This document shows positions 38,101-47,674 of a stretch of 64,000 bases of DNA, piece by piece; position 1 is the first letter of the stretch, and the number at the start of each line of letters is the position of its first letter. The notes under the pieces were generated by a model. It saw nothing but the letters and a program-made list of their open reading frames with translations. It was not told the DNA's origin and ran no database searches. This DNA is from Caldisericia bacterium (lineage in GTDB: Bacteria > Caldisericota > Caldisericia > JAAYUI01). Where the stretch lies: assembly GCA_963674785.1 (NCBI GenBank), contig OY771555.1:320001-384000 (forward strand). Reading direction: 5' to 3'. The position numbers and the translations under genes were made by a program.

Positions 38101-39449
38101 GCAACTGAAATCTCTAACGGTTTATCACCTGACACAGCATTGCCTTCTGAAATAAGAGAAAACCAATCAGAATCGGTCTTAAAATCTATTATTGTCTCTG
38201 GATTATTCTCTACATCAGAGGATGGTGGCATGGATACGCTTATTGTTCCTGTCAAAGGAGACCTTGGGGGAACCGCACCAAAATTCAATACTGATGGGCT
38301 AATACTTACATCAAAAGGAAGTGTATCATCAACAAAACAGTGCATATATCCAGCTTTTGTTCCAATATAGATTCTGTTATAAGCAATGGATGGAGCAAAA
38401 GCTTCGGATTCTAAGTCTTCTTCCCAGATTTTGTAACCAGTATCAATATCAAGACAAAGGAGTTGTGATCCCATAGAGGCATACACCTTCTCACCGGAAA
38501 TTGTCATAGATGAGAATCCCTGACCTTGATGATCATATTTCCAAACTGTTTCACCATTCTCCTGTGACAAACAATAAATGAAGTTGCCTGAACTGAAAAC
38601 TACATATTTTCCTGAAAGCGCGGGAGTGCTTCTTACCCCCTGAACAGTATCTACATCCCAGACTATATCACCATTTTCCAGGTCTAGACAATATATCTTG
38701 TTTTTGTCACATCCAACATAAACATAATTATCCATAATAGAGGCGGATGAATATATCGACCCATCAAGCTTCCTTTGCCATATTTTTTCACCACTGAACT
38801 CATCAATACACAGCAACTCAAAGTCCCTTGCTCCAACTACAACCGAACCATTAGAAAGTGCAGGAGAAGATGTTAAAGCATCATCATATTCGAATCGCCA
38901 AACCTCTTGGTCTCCTTTGTCAGTCACACACATCAAATAACCGTCAAGTGTTCCAAAGATAACGCATCCACCACTGATAAGAGGCGAACTTGCCATCCCT
39001 CCACGTTTTTTTGTGTCAAATGTCCAAACATTATCTCCATCAGAATCAACACAATGAAATCTTCCATCTAGTGATCCAAAATAAACATTGTCTTTATAAA
39101 CCGAGGGCGATGACCTGATCGGTTCTTTTACTCTATAAATCCACTGTTCCTTACCAGAATCAGCATCAAGACAGTACATATTTCTATCAAGTGAACCAAA
39201 ATACACTTTATCATTCACAATACTCGGTGAGGAATAAATTGTGTCGTCAGCCTTGAAAGACCAAAGCTTTGTTACCATATTTGATTTTGGGGCATATTTT
39301 GATCCAATTTCCCCTGTGTGTTCCGGATTTCTCATGAACATCGGCCATTCAGATTTTTCTCTCTCGTTTGCAAGAGTCGCCGACCTGAAACCGATACCCA
39401 CCGAGAGTACCAGCATAAAAGCCAGCACTACTGAAATATACTTTCTCAT
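35133..39449 (-). CDS. Giant secreted protein with three PQQ-like (BamB-like) beta-propeller modules separated by Ig-like domains
   Basis: Many SSP..V.FGS.D...YC.D..TG..W repeats in three blocks, each followed by a (L/I/V)(N/D)FG domain. Start at MRKYISV behind GGAGG. Confidence 0.92.
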   Translation of the reverse strand: MRKYISVVLAFMLVLSVGIGFRSATLANEREKSEWPMFMRNPEHTGEIGSKYAPKSNMVTKLWSFKADDTIYSSPSIVNDKVYFGSLDRNMYCLDADSGKEQWIYRVKEPIRSSPSVYKDNVYFGSLDGRFHCVDSDGDNVWTFDTKKRGGMASSPLISGGCVIFGTLDGYLMCVTDKGDQEVWRFEYDDALTSSPALSNGSVVVGARDFELLCIDEFSGEKIWQRKLDGSIYSSASIMDNYVYVGCDKNKIYCLDLENGDIVWDVDTVQGVRSTPALSGKYVVFSSGNFIYCLSQENGETVWKYDHQGQGFSSMTISGEKVYASMGSQLLCLDIDTGYKIWEEDLESEAFAPSIAYNRIYIGTKAGYMHCFVDDTLPFDVSISPSVLNFGAVPPRSPLTGTISVSMPPSSDVENNPETIIDFKTDSDWFSLISEGNAVSGDKPLEISVAIDDGILSEDQKWYSDEIVFSIADVEYKVFVKVYTDSSLEFAESGEIVIDKSGCSWVSENCNAAGDSNATEFCGPEGDVLSKVWEEEFGDSLNNCVLVAHGFAFVMPSYTRDIYCYDVDNGELVWEVEIDNYINDSGALFGGGLYIPTNSGVTAISQKDGQELWSFDDGLDICTSLSVANGKAFFGTTDGNVYCLSLQTGVLLWSFRASEKISTGIAISPGSIFFGSNDKKLYCVELETGDEVWDFEIKDPLVADPVYIDGKVVVAARNKRLFLLDAGTGEQIWFTNTLSEARITPACNDEYIYLITKDTYIRCYIMETGELKWGYETKKDIEVHPTISGGRLYFGTWDKEVFCLDTVTGIPLWSYETESKVRSPIVVSGGNVFVSSGRKLICFSDPPPDIIISPDLIDFGGISTDSDGTIIRELTLENTTDATLFVQFTTDINVEWIVPVTTELTIEPKHKETAVVALDSAKIPGGMPSGYLYVSWNESVVPIIVRAYTVERDSIQFADWFAFGFDQSRNSSVIPSFGPETKKLETKWRYDTFLETDASPVINKEKLFLGFGNTFYCIDPKTGEYVWSEEFDREGFSSAGSCAGIGGQSIYFGSSDSHMYSYDVETGERNWKFKTGGPVFSSPSVHEKRFEVGEPVQRRVYFGSLDNNIYCVLAETGELVWEFETEGSVYSSVCTPPYGDLIFVGSVDDYIYAIDTLSGEEVWKYKTGGSIYSTPCCFVYRSTGIKTAFDLNIYIGSNDGTLYCLDGVSGKLIWKYETDSPIVCSPALHDGKIFFGNLKGDFYALNRATGDKIKMVKLGSQIRSSPALSARNCYISTKNGRFFKLDSDTLEVLWYTTIGSGCSHFQSSPAIWGKKVYVGDRDGVLHCFGEKAAEIEFDKTTVDFGRVPKGSLKTQKVMIKNNSESEIELHFEDAYEWFDIDNTLVNIEPGEEIPLTIMTKSSELNSSGSKYGGIWVRWYSPEDEMDMEQRISVLVTVN

Positions 39450-39584
39450 ACTACCTCCACAAAAAGTACTACATAACAAATACTCTATAGGAAAAAAAAG
39501 TTCACCCAAGTTCAGGGGGTTAAAAACAAACACATTTAAGTAAAAACTTGGCTCTTTCCCGAACAGACTTTCGTAAGTAAATAC

Positions 39585-39619
39585 AAAAAAATACCCCCGG
39601 TTTCAATAACCGGGGGTAT
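39585..39619 (-). terminator. Intrinsic terminator
   Basis: ATACCCCCGGTT-tcaat-AACCGGGGGTAT with a T-run on the minus strand. Confidence 0.85.
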
Positions 39620-39647
39620 AGTGATTCTTTTTATTACTTATTTAGTC

Positions 39648-40412
39648 TTAATGACCTGTGACTCTCAATTTGAAGCCTGATCTCTCAAGATTACCTGCAA
39701 GACCAATATTTTCCTTTGTAAGAGCTTTGTCATTATATACATTCTTTGTGACCATCTGGGCATGATTATTGATTCCACGCCTGGAAAGTCTTTCAAGTCT
39801 CTCTGGCGGCATGCTATCCCAAGTATTGTCAATGTGTTTATAGTATTTCTCAAGATCAGTTCTTGATGGGTCTTTGTAGGTATTTCTATGAACAACAGCC
39901 TCAAGTGGAAGCCTTGGCATGAGGTCTGGTTTCTCATCTGGGTAACCGATGCAAACAAGCCCTGCTGGGAAAACATACTGCGGAAGATCAAGAATACTTG
40001 CAACATCCATTTTCAAAACTCTTCCAATATAATATGCACCAAGCCCAATGCTTTCAGCAGCAATCACAAGATTATGAAGTGCAAGAATTGCGTCCCAGTA
40101 TGAGATGAAAAGATTCATTCCCTTATCAAAATGGAATGGTGCCGATTGGGACTCAAACCGCTTCTTGTTTCTGTTTTGGTCAGCAAGAGCTATCACAACA
40201 AGCGGAACATGTGAAAGGCCCAAGGCTTTTTTCTTGTCGATATCATCAACAACAATGAGCGAATAGCTCTGCATGTTTCCAGCAGACGGTGCACGCACTG
40301 CTGACTTTATGATGGTCTCAATGTCTTCTTCTGCCACCATCTCGCGTTTGAACCTTCTAATCGAACGATGGTTCATCAAACAATCAACTACTTTATTTCT
40401 ATTTTTTCTCAT
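39648..40412 (-). CDS. Nitroreductase family (NfsA/Frp-like)
   Basis: HRSIR.F, RAPSAGNMQ, AAES.GLG, C.GYP and PRLP..AVVH motifs. Confidence 0.93.
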   Translation of the reverse strand: MRKNRNKVVDCLMNHRSIRRFKREMVAEEDIETIIKSAVRAPSAGNMQSYSLIVVDDIDKKKALGLSHVPLVVIALADQNRNKKRFESQSAPFHFDKGMNLFISYWDAILALHNLVIAAESIGLGAYYIGRVLKMDVASILDLPQYVFPAGLVCIGYPDEKPDLMPRLPLEAVVHRNTYKDPSRTDLEKYYKHIDNTWDSMPPERLERLSRRGINNHAQMVTKNVYNDKALTKENIGLAGNLERSGFKLRVTGH

Positions 40413-40532
40413 AATATCTAAACCCGAAAGCTGGAAGATTTTGTTTTTCTTCCAACTTTGGGAGTTAGACACTTTTGGGATTTAAAGGTTACATTGGACT
40501 GTTAAAAGTTATTTTGTATCAACACCTTTATT

Positions 40533-41912
40533 TTATGGCTCCTCATTCTCAACTGCGTACAGATTTATCAGTCCATCAATAATATCTAGAACCATATACT
40601 CGTTTCCAGTATCAAGCACTGAAGGTTCTGTCAGATTAATAGAGTACCCTTCTCTGTATCCCTCAGATACACTTGAATTTTTAGATTCTTTATCTGGAAT
40701 CGATATAATATATTCATCTTTCCCTTTATTTTTGATAAGTGTATACGGTGTCCATAATGCGCATGAGACTATTCTTCTGTTTGGATTTCTTAAAAAAACT
40801 AACTCACCTTGATCACAGACCCAGTTACTATCACCCATCATGAAAATAGTTGGTCGAATTGAGGCGTCCGATCTCCAATTCATTCTTCCTTCATATGTGC
40901 TACCTGTTCGAATGGTTATGCTTGGTGTGCTTGTTGCGTCATCCTCTTCATCAAAACCAACAATGATTTTGGGAACAAAAAACCGATGTGTATAATATGA
41001 GTTTTCATCTAAAATTGAATATCCCGAAAATGAAAACTTCGGTACAGCATGAACTGGACTTTCAAAAACTATCTGTATAGAATCCCCAACTTCTTTCGAT
41101 TTTTTGTCAAGGGATTTATCATCAATAACATCTTTTCTGTATGGAATTATTTTGAATTTTGCTTTTGAGTTTATCGGATCTTCACCCCAAACAGAGGCTT
41201 CTGATGTGTTGATAACTTGAAATTCATCTGCGGCTTCCTTAACGTATTCCTTAATTTTTTTTGCAAAAGGCAGATACAGTTTTCGAGTTCTTTCATTAAA
41301 TAGATAACTGGGGCATGGGATCGCATATTGCTTGTCTATCAATCCTTTTCCAAGGTCTTCTCCAATGTTGTTTTCAATAAAAGCGACAGGTCTGTTATTT
41401 TTGTCAGTATCAACAAGGTACATTGAAAAGATAGTATCAATCCTTTTATTTGCACTCTCTTTGCTACCATTTTCCTCCGATTCACAGTTTATCTCTTTTA
41501 GAAAAAATTTGGATGTGAACTCCTTTGCATTTGCATAACAAACCTGGTCAAATTGTTCTGGGCAGTTTACACCTGCGAGTCTTATTTTGCACTCAGTTTT
41601 TTCATGAAAATCCGGAAGGTCAAGCATCACGGTAAATGTATCACCATCAATTATTTCAATAACATCATCGGACACAAAAGAGAAGTCCGGTTCTAAGACA
41701 TCGTTGTTATCACTGTCATCGAAAACATAGTGTGCCCAGTTTATACCATCATTGAAATCTGGAATAATCCCTGACATAACAACAGGTGCTCTGACCTGTG
41801 AGCTATTATTGACAATGATGACTTTCTCTCCTCTGCCCATTAAAAGAAACACAAAGACCGCAGAAAGAAGCCCAGAAATGACCATTTGTAATATGTTGTT
41901 TTCTTTTTTCAT
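40533..41912 (-). CDS. Membrane-anchored thermonuclease (SNase-like) with a possible lamin-tail-like C-terminal domain
   Basis: IIDGDT and IRLAGVNCPE motifs; W..DQGE.VFLRN. Confidence 0.8.
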   Translation of the reverse strand: MKKENNILQMVISGLLSAVFVFLLMGRGEKVIIVNNSSQVRAPVVMSGIIPDFNDGINWAHYVFDDSDNNDVLEPDFSFVSDDVIEIIDGDTFTVMLDLPDFHEKTECKIRLAGVNCPEQFDQVCYANAKEFTSKFFLKEINCESEENGSKESANKRIDTIFSMYLVDTDKNNRPVAFIENNIGEDLGKGLIDKQYAIPCPSYLFNERTRKLYLPFAKKIKEYVKEAADEFQVINTSEASVWGEDPINSKAKFKIIPYRKDVIDDKSLDKKSKEVGDSIQIVFESPVHAVPKFSFSGYSILDENSYYTHRFFVPKIIVGFDEEDDATSTPSITIRTGSTYEGRMNWRSDASIRPTIFMMGDSNWVCDQGELVFLRNPNRRIVSCALWTPYTLIKNKGKDEYIISIPDKESKNSSVSEGYREGYSINLTEPSVLDTGNEYMVLDIIDGLINLYAVENEEP

Positions 41913-42123
41913 CAAAAACACCTCCAAATTCTTTTTTGATGATAACCCTCAAATCCTTTCCTGTCGAAAGCGACATTTTGACCTCCCCGGCATTCTCCTG
42001 TTTTCATATATGTCTACTGAAGCTCAATTCATAATCTCTAAAAGTCAACACAAAGAAACGCTTTAAAGACATTACTTTTTGGGACATCAAAACCTTAAAA
42101 TTAAAATATCATTATAAAAAACC

Positions 42124-42151
42124 TTGACGTTGAATTTCCGAGACATAGACT
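42124..42151 (+). promoter_or_regulatory. Sigma70-type promoter of the buk operon
   Basis: TTGACG-16 nt-TAGACT. Confidence 0.5.
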
Positions 42152-42191
42152 CTAATGTCATGAACTATCTCACTTATGGAAGTTCAATCAG

Positions 42192-43253
42192 ATGATTAGG
42201 CAGTTGGTTATCAATCCAGGCTCGACGACCACCAAGGTTTCAGTGTTCGATAACGATAAGGAAATTGCAACCGCAACCGTTGAACACAATCCTGATAAAC
42301 TCGCATCTTTTGAAAAAACATCTGATCAAGCCCCATATCGACTTGAGGCTATAAGAGAATTCCTTAAAGAAAATGACATCAACGAAGAGTCATTGACCGG
42401 GATCGTCTCACGTGGAGGAATAACAAAACCGATCGCCGCTGGCACATACGTGATTAGCCCTGAGATGCTAAAGGATTTGGTTGAAGCCAAACGTGCTGAC
42501 CATCCAAGTAACCTCGGTGGGATAATTGCTGACATAGTCTCCAAAGAACGCAATATCCCATGCTTCATTGTTGACCCAGTTTCTGTTGATGAGATAACAG
42601 ATGTTGCAAGAGTTGCCGGACTTCCAGAATGCTCAAGACACTCGATGTCTCACGCACTAAACATCCGTGCAACAAGCAGAAAAGCCTCGGAGCAACTTGG
42701 CATTCCATTTGAAAAAGCAAACTTTGTTACCGTTCACATGGGTGGTGGAATAAGTGTTTGTCCAGTTTCAGGTGGAAGAATCCTTGATGCAAACAATGCA
42801 AACGAGGGTGGTCCGTTCTCTCCAGAACGTTCTGGTTCACTCCCACTTGCAAGCCTCGTGGAGCTTTGCTACACAGGCGATTACACAGAGAAAGACATTA
42901 AAGTGCTAACCACCAAAAAGGGTGGCATTTCGGCATATTTAAATACAAACGATGTTCGTGAAGTACTTGCGATGGTTGATGACGGTAACGAAACCGCAAA
43001 GACAGTTCTTGATTCTATGTTGATTCAAATCGCAGCAGAAATAGGAGCAATGGCGACAACTATTGACGGCAAGATTGATGGTATTGTGCTTACCGGATCA
43101 GTTGCCTACGCACCATATGCAAGAGAAAAAATAGGAAAGCACACGGCTCACATCGTCCCCATCATAAACATGGCGGGACAGATGGAAATGGAGGCTCTAG
43201 CACTTGGTGGACTGCGGGTACACCAAGGCAAAGAGCAGGCAAAGGAGTACTGA
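42192..43253 (+). CDS. buk: Butyrate (branched-chain carboxylate) kinase
   Basis: INPGSTTTK, RGG, H.SNLG, DPVSVDE, HALN, HMGGGIS and GPFSPERSG. Confidence 0.96.
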   Translation: MIRQLVINPGSTTTKVSVFDNDKEIATATVEHNPDKLASFEKTSDQAPYRLEAIREFLKENDINEESLTGIVSRGGITKPIAAGTYVISPEMLKDLVEAKRADHPSNLGGIIADIVSKERNIPCFIVDPVSVDEITDVARVAGLPECSRHSMSHALNIRATSRKASEQLGIPFEKANFVTVHMGGGISVCPVSGGRILDANNANEGGPFSPERSGSLPLASLVELCYTGDYTEKDIKVLTTKKGGISAYLNTNDVREVLAMVDDGNETAKTVLDSMLIQIAAEIGAMATTIDGKIDGIVLTGSVAYAPYAREKIGKHTAHIVPIINMAGQMEMEALALGGLRVHQGKEQAKEY

Positions 43254-43254
43254 T

Positions 43255-44133
43255 ATGATTAACCTCCAGAGCTTCGAAAAAGTGCCCACAAAAGAGCTTA
43301 ACGAGAGATTCCTGGAGGAAGCACGCGGACTTGAAGAACGCGATCAAGTCAGACTCCATAGAAGACTATTCTCTGATTCTTTAACTGACCTTTGGGATGA
43401 AATGTCCCATGGTATGACAGGTTTTAACGGATATAAAATGCTCAGGCTTTCCCTGCTTTTTGACCCACAAGATAATCTGCCAGATATTGAACAGGCACAC
43501 AAAACACTTGTGGCATTCAAGGCTTGGGATCGCATCGAAAAGGCACTTTCTGAAGCAAGAAAGTATTTATCGGGTCCATTTGTAAAATGGGCACTTCTAA
43601 TCGCAGACAGAACCAGACCAGAGGTTCTCGAAAAATTCAAAGGCACGGTTGGATTCGGAAACATTCCACCATTCATCCTTCTTGGCATCTGGCCAACCAA
43701 ATATTCTCTCGTCCATTTGACAGCAAACGTATCTAGGGAGTATCATCACGTTATGAGATCATCTCTCTTCCCAGTACAGGCTGTCAGATATCCGCTCTCG
43801 AATTCTCTGGTTGCAGAGGGACTTGCGGAATGCTACATCGAGGAAGTATTTGGCGAACAGTTTGTTTCTGATACTGCAAGATCTCTGGACATAGCAGAGG
43901 TCAAAAAGCTTTGGCCAAAGTTCAACAAAAACATCAAACTCAATGGAATCGATCAGCATAGATCATTTATGTATGGCGGATACAGAACAAATCTCCCATA
44001 TTGTGCTGGTTTTTCTGTTGGATATAGGGTGGTGAAGTCATTTTTGGATAATAGTGGGGTCAAATCAAACGAAGCAATAATGCTTCCAGCAAAAAAGATT
44101 TTTGCTGGTTCTGATTTTAAGATAAAGGAGTAG
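43255..44133 (+). CDS. DUF2268-like putative Zn protease with a degenerate HExxH motif
   Basis: REYHH...EGLAE and LPY.AGF..GY..V motifs. Confidence 0.75.
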   Translation: MINLQSFEKVPTKELNERFLEEARGLEERDQVRLHRRLFSDSLTDLWDEMSHGMTGFNGYKMLRLSLLFDPQDNLPDIEQAHKTLVAFKAWDRIEKALSEARKYLSGPFVKWALLIADRTRPEVLEKFKGTVGFGNIPPFILLGIWPTKYSLVHLTANVSREYHHVMRSSLFPVQAVRYPLSNSLVAEGLAECYIEEVFGEQFVSDTARSLDIAEVKKLWPKFNKNIKLNGIDQHRSFMYGGYRTNLPYCAGFSVGYRVVKSFLDNSGVKSNEAIMLPAKKIFAGSDFKIKE

Positions 44134-44136
44134 ATA

Positions 44137-45051
44137 GTGATTAAAAATTTTGATGAATTAATTAAAAAAGCACAATCAAAAGTAACAAAAAAATTGGTAG
44201 TGGCTGCAGCAGAGGATGATGTTGTAATTTCGGCTGTAAAAATGGCTTCTGAGCTTGACCTTGTTGAGCCTGTTCTTGTTGGGGACGAGGCAAGAATCAA
44301 GGAAATCTACAAAGAGATGGGGATCAACCCAAGTTGGAAGATCATCAATGAACCAAACAAAGCCAAAGCATCAGCAAAAGCTGTTACTGAGGTTGCAGCA
44401 GGCAACGGCGAAATACTAATGAAAGGTCTTGTTGGTACACCAATTTTACTTAAAGCAGTTCTAAACAAGGAGGCAGGACTTAGAAAAAGCAAAGTTTTAT
44501 CACACGTAGGAGTTATTGGCACAAAAACTTATCCGAAACTCATCATCATGACTGACGGCGGGATGGTTCCAGCACCCGACCTCAATCAAAAGGTTGAGAT
44601 TCTCAAAAATGCTATCAGGGTCGCAAGAGGATTTGAAATAAATCCAGTTAGAGCAGCAATCGTTTCTTCACTTGAAACCGTTTCTGATGCAGTTCCATCA
44701 ACAATAGATGCAGCAGCACTTGCAAAGATGGGCGACAGAAAACAGTTTGGCAAAGATGTGATTGTTGATGGACCACTTGCTCTTGATAACGCAATTTCAA
44801 AACATGCAGCTGAACACAAGGGCATCGTTTCTGAAGTTGCCGGACAACCTGATATCTTGGTCATGCCATCGGTTGAAGCAGGAAACATTTTCTACAAAAC
44901 GCTTGTTTACCTCGGAAACTGCGAAGCAGAAACCGCAGGCGTCGTGCTTGGTGCAAAAGTTCCAGTAATTGTACCATCACGAACAGATACCGCAGAATCT
45001 AAGATGAATGCAATCGCAGCGTCAGTTTTGATTGCAGAAATTACAGATTAA
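44137..45051 (+). CDS. ptb: Phosphate butyryltransferase
   Basis: LMKGLV.T, DGPLALDNAIS, AGNI.YK and GA.VP...SR.D motifs; lies in the buk operon. Confidence 0.93.
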   Translation: MIKNFDELIKKAQSKVTKKLVVAAAEDDVVISAVKMASELDLVEPVLVGDEARIKEIYKEMGINPSWKIINEPNKAKASAKAVTEVAAGNGEILMKGLVGTPILLKAVLNKEAGLRKSKVLSHVGVIGTKTYPKLIIMTDGGMVPAPDLNQKVEILKNAIRVARGFEINPVRAAIVSSLETVSDAVPSTIDAAALAKMGDRKQFGKDVIVDGPLALDNAISKHAAEHKGIVSEVAGQPDILVMPSVEAGNIFYKTLVYLGNCEAETAGVVLGAKVPVIVPSRTDTAESKMNAIAASVLIAEITD

Positions 45052-45119
45052 TCGCTTTATTACGTGAGGGGCGATCTATAAATTCCTCACAAATAAACAA
45101 TTAGAAGGAGTGTGTTTGA

Positions 45120-46466
45120 ATGTCAGATTTTGTTAATGGTGTGATGGAAATCATCAAAAGGCGAGATGCCGCAGCTTTTGAATTCCACCAGGCAGTACAG
45201 GAAGTTCTCGAATCAATCGAAGTTCTTTATCAGCGTGAACCAGGTTATGGCAAGTTCAAAATTGTTGAACGCATCATTGAACCAGACCGCGTCATTACCT
45301 TCAGAGTCCCATGGATGAAAGATGATGGGACAATTGAAGTCAACCGTGGAATGAGAGTTGAATTCAATTCATCACTCGGCCCATACAAGGGCGGACTTCG
45401 ACTTCACCCAAGCGTAACCGTTGGAACCCTTAAATTCCTCGGATTTGAACAGATCTTCAAAAACGCTCTTACTACTCTTCTCCTTGGTGGCGGTAAAGGT
45501 GGTTCAGACTTCGATCCAAAAGGAAAGTCAGACATGGAAGTCATGCGCTTCTGTCAGTCTTTCATGAGCGAACTCTACAGGCACATTGGCCCAAACACCG
45601 ATATCCCCGCAGGAGACATCGGTGTTGGTGGAAGAGAAATTGGTTACCTCTTCGGAATGTACAAAAAGATTACAAACAAGTTCGAATGTGTTCTCACCGG
45701 TAAAGGTGCAGAATGGGGTGGATCACTCATCAGACCTGAAGCAACCGGATATGGTGCAACCTATTTCTTGATGGAAATGCTTCAGAGTAAGGGATGCAAT
45801 CTTGAAGGCAAAACAGTTGCAATCAGTGGTTCTGGTAACGTTGCACAGTTTGCAGTTGAAAAGGTTAATGAATTTGGCGGAAAAGTTACCACACTTTCAG
45901 ATTCAAGTGGATACATTGTTGATGACGACGGAATTGACCGCGAAAAACTAGACTTTGTCATGTGGCTCAAGAATGTCAAACGTGGAAGAATTCATGAGTA
46001 TGCTGATAAATTCAAATGTGAATACCACGAAGGCAAACAAGGATTCTGGGGTTCACGTAAATTTGATGTTGCAATGCCATGCGCAACCCAAAACGAACTC
46101 AATGTAGATGATGCAAAAGCACTCTTCAAAAATGGTGTCCAGGCCATCTCAGAAGGTGCGAACATGCCATGTACCCCAGAGGCAGTTGATGTATTCCTCA
46201 ACAACGGTGTTCTTTATGGTCTCGGAAAAGCTGCAAATGCTGGCGGAGTTGCTGTATCAGGGCTTGAAATGTCACAGAACTCACAGTACCTCTATTGGAC
46301 ACGTGAACAGGTTGACAAACATCTCCAGAGGATCATGAAAGACATTCATACTCAGGCATTTGAAACCGCAAAAGAATTTGGACAGAAGTGGAACTATGTG
46401 CTTGGTGCAAACATTGCCGGCTTTAGAAAAGTTGCCGATTCAATGATCGCTCACGGTATTGTCTAA
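45120..46466 (+). CDS. gdhA: Glutamate dehydrogenase
   Basis: GPYKGGLR, GGGKGGSDFDP, PAGDIGVG, RPEATGYG and EGANMP motifs. Confidence 0.98.
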   Translation: MSDFVNGVMEIIKRRDAAAFEFHQAVQEVLESIEVLYQREPGYGKFKIVERIIEPDRVITFRVPWMKDDGTIEVNRGMRVEFNSSLGPYKGGLRLHPSVTVGTLKFLGFEQIFKNALTTLLLGGGKGGSDFDPKGKSDMEVMRFCQSFMSELYRHIGPNTDIPAGDIGVGGREIGYLFGMYKKITNKFECVLTGKGAEWGGSLIRPEATGYGATYFLMEMLQSKGCNLEGKTVAISGSGNVAQFAVEKVNEFGGKVTTLSDSSGYIVDDDGIDREKLDFVMWLKNVKRGRIHEYADKFKCEYHEGKQGFWGSRKFDVAMPCATQNELNVDDAKALFKNGVQAISEGANMPCTPEAVDVFLNNGVLYGLGKAANAGGVAVSGLEMSQNSQYLYWTREQVDKHLQRIMKDIHTQAFETAKEFGQKWNYVLGANIAGFRKVADSMIAHGIV

Positions 46467-46493
46467 TTTCAAAATCTAGACTCGATATGAGAC

Positions 46494-46526
46494 AAACAGC
46501 CCCTCGATTTTTCAAGGGGCTGTTTT
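46494..46526 (+). terminator. Intrinsic terminator
   Basis: AAACAGCCCCT...AGGGGCTGTTTT. Confidence 0.8.
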
Positions 46527-46712
46527 ACATTGATGGGAAATCAAAAAAATGTCGACTTGGGATAATGCAGTTTTCATTTGTGTTGTTCTTGTAATCCTTG
46601 TCAGACAATAAACAGGTTGAATAAAAGAAAAAAACAATTTCCAGATAACTGATTTGCCACAATCATTTTTTCCAAGTAAACTAGACTCAAAAGGGATAAG
46701 GGGGTAGTAAAA

Positions 46713-47672
46713 ATGGAGAAAAGATTGAACGACCTCAAGTGGACTCCACAATGGACAAGTATCATTGGGTGTTATCACGGTTGTAGCAAATATCTTTGTT
46801 TTGATATGTCAGTATCGTGGATTTCAGGTGGAAGCGGACATGCCTTCATAATGAATATCGACCCCAAGGGGCTTTGCCCATCTGGCCCAACAGCATTTAA
46901 AAACTGGGTGATCAATGCAAACATTGGAAGGCTTGGGATGATGACAACTCCTGTCGGCTCAACAAAAGATTTCCCAAGATTTCCAGCAAAACAAAAGGAG
47001 GCATGGGAACTCGCAAAAGAATCTCTAAACTACGACGTCCCTGTCATTGCTTGGGAAGTATACGTGCCCGAATTCTATGTTGTAAATGGATACGATGATA
47101 ACGGATACTTTGCAAGCGGTGCACTTGATGAAAAGCTAACCAAATCTGTTCCCTGGGACAAACTTGGAACAACAGATATTGGATGGCTCTGGCTTGCAAG
47201 CGTTAGTAAAGAGGAGCCAAAACCAGATATCGAGATTCTAAAAGGTGTAATCGATTTTACTCTTAAATTTGCAACAACAAGAGATTACCTTCATGATAAT
47301 TATGTTTCAGGGCTTGAGGCGTACGATGGCTGGATAAACGCATTATCATCAAAAGAAGCCGTTTACAATGGAGCTTCATATAACGCTGCTGTCTGGGCAG
47401 AGTGCAGGTACCATGCTGGAAAATTCCTTTCTGAGATGAAGACAAAACTCCCTGGGATGGCTGATCCTGAATTTGACGAATTAATAAAACTATATGGCAA
47501 GATAGCAGAGGATCTCAAGACTGTAAGCGAGATATTCCCATTTGAAATGAAGACAGACAAAATAACAGATGACTCAAAGATAAATAGGGCGATTGATGCT
47601 CTTAAATCTGCAAAAGAAAACGAGAAAAACGCACTGAAAACACTTGTCAAAATTGAGCAGAAATTGATATAA
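46713..47672 (+). CDS. Conserved hypothetical protein (possibly BtrH/papain-like N-terminus)
   Basis: 319-aa ORF with RBS; G.SGHAF, CPSGP and F.V..GYD motifs. Confidence 0.75.
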   Translation: MEKRLNDLKWTPQWTSIIGCYHGCSKYLCFDMSVSWISGGSGHAFIMNIDPKGLCPSGPTAFKNWVINANIGRLGMMTTPVGSTKDFPRFPAKQKEAWELAKESLNYDVPVIAWEVYVPEFYVVNGYDDNGYFASGALDEKLTKSVPWDKLGTTDIGWLWLASVSKEEPKPDIEILKGVIDFTLKFATTRDYLHDNYVSGLEAYDGWINALSSKEAVYNGASYNAAVWAECRYHAGKFLSEMKTKLPGMADPEFDELIKLYGKIAEDLKTVSEIFPFEMKTDKITDDSKINRAIDALKSAKENEKNALKTLVKIEQKLI

Positions 47673-47674
47673 GA

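Noticed and set aside
35133-39449. Diversity-generating retroelement target in the propeller genes
   Set aside because: No reverse transcriptase is present and no TR/VR pair with adenine-specific mismatches was seen. The gene-end duplicates differ at silent sites, not specifically at adenines.
46549-46611. 20-aa hydrophobic mini-ORF MSTWDNAVFICVVLVILVRQ
   Set aside because: The RBS is weak and there is no other support; it could be chance.
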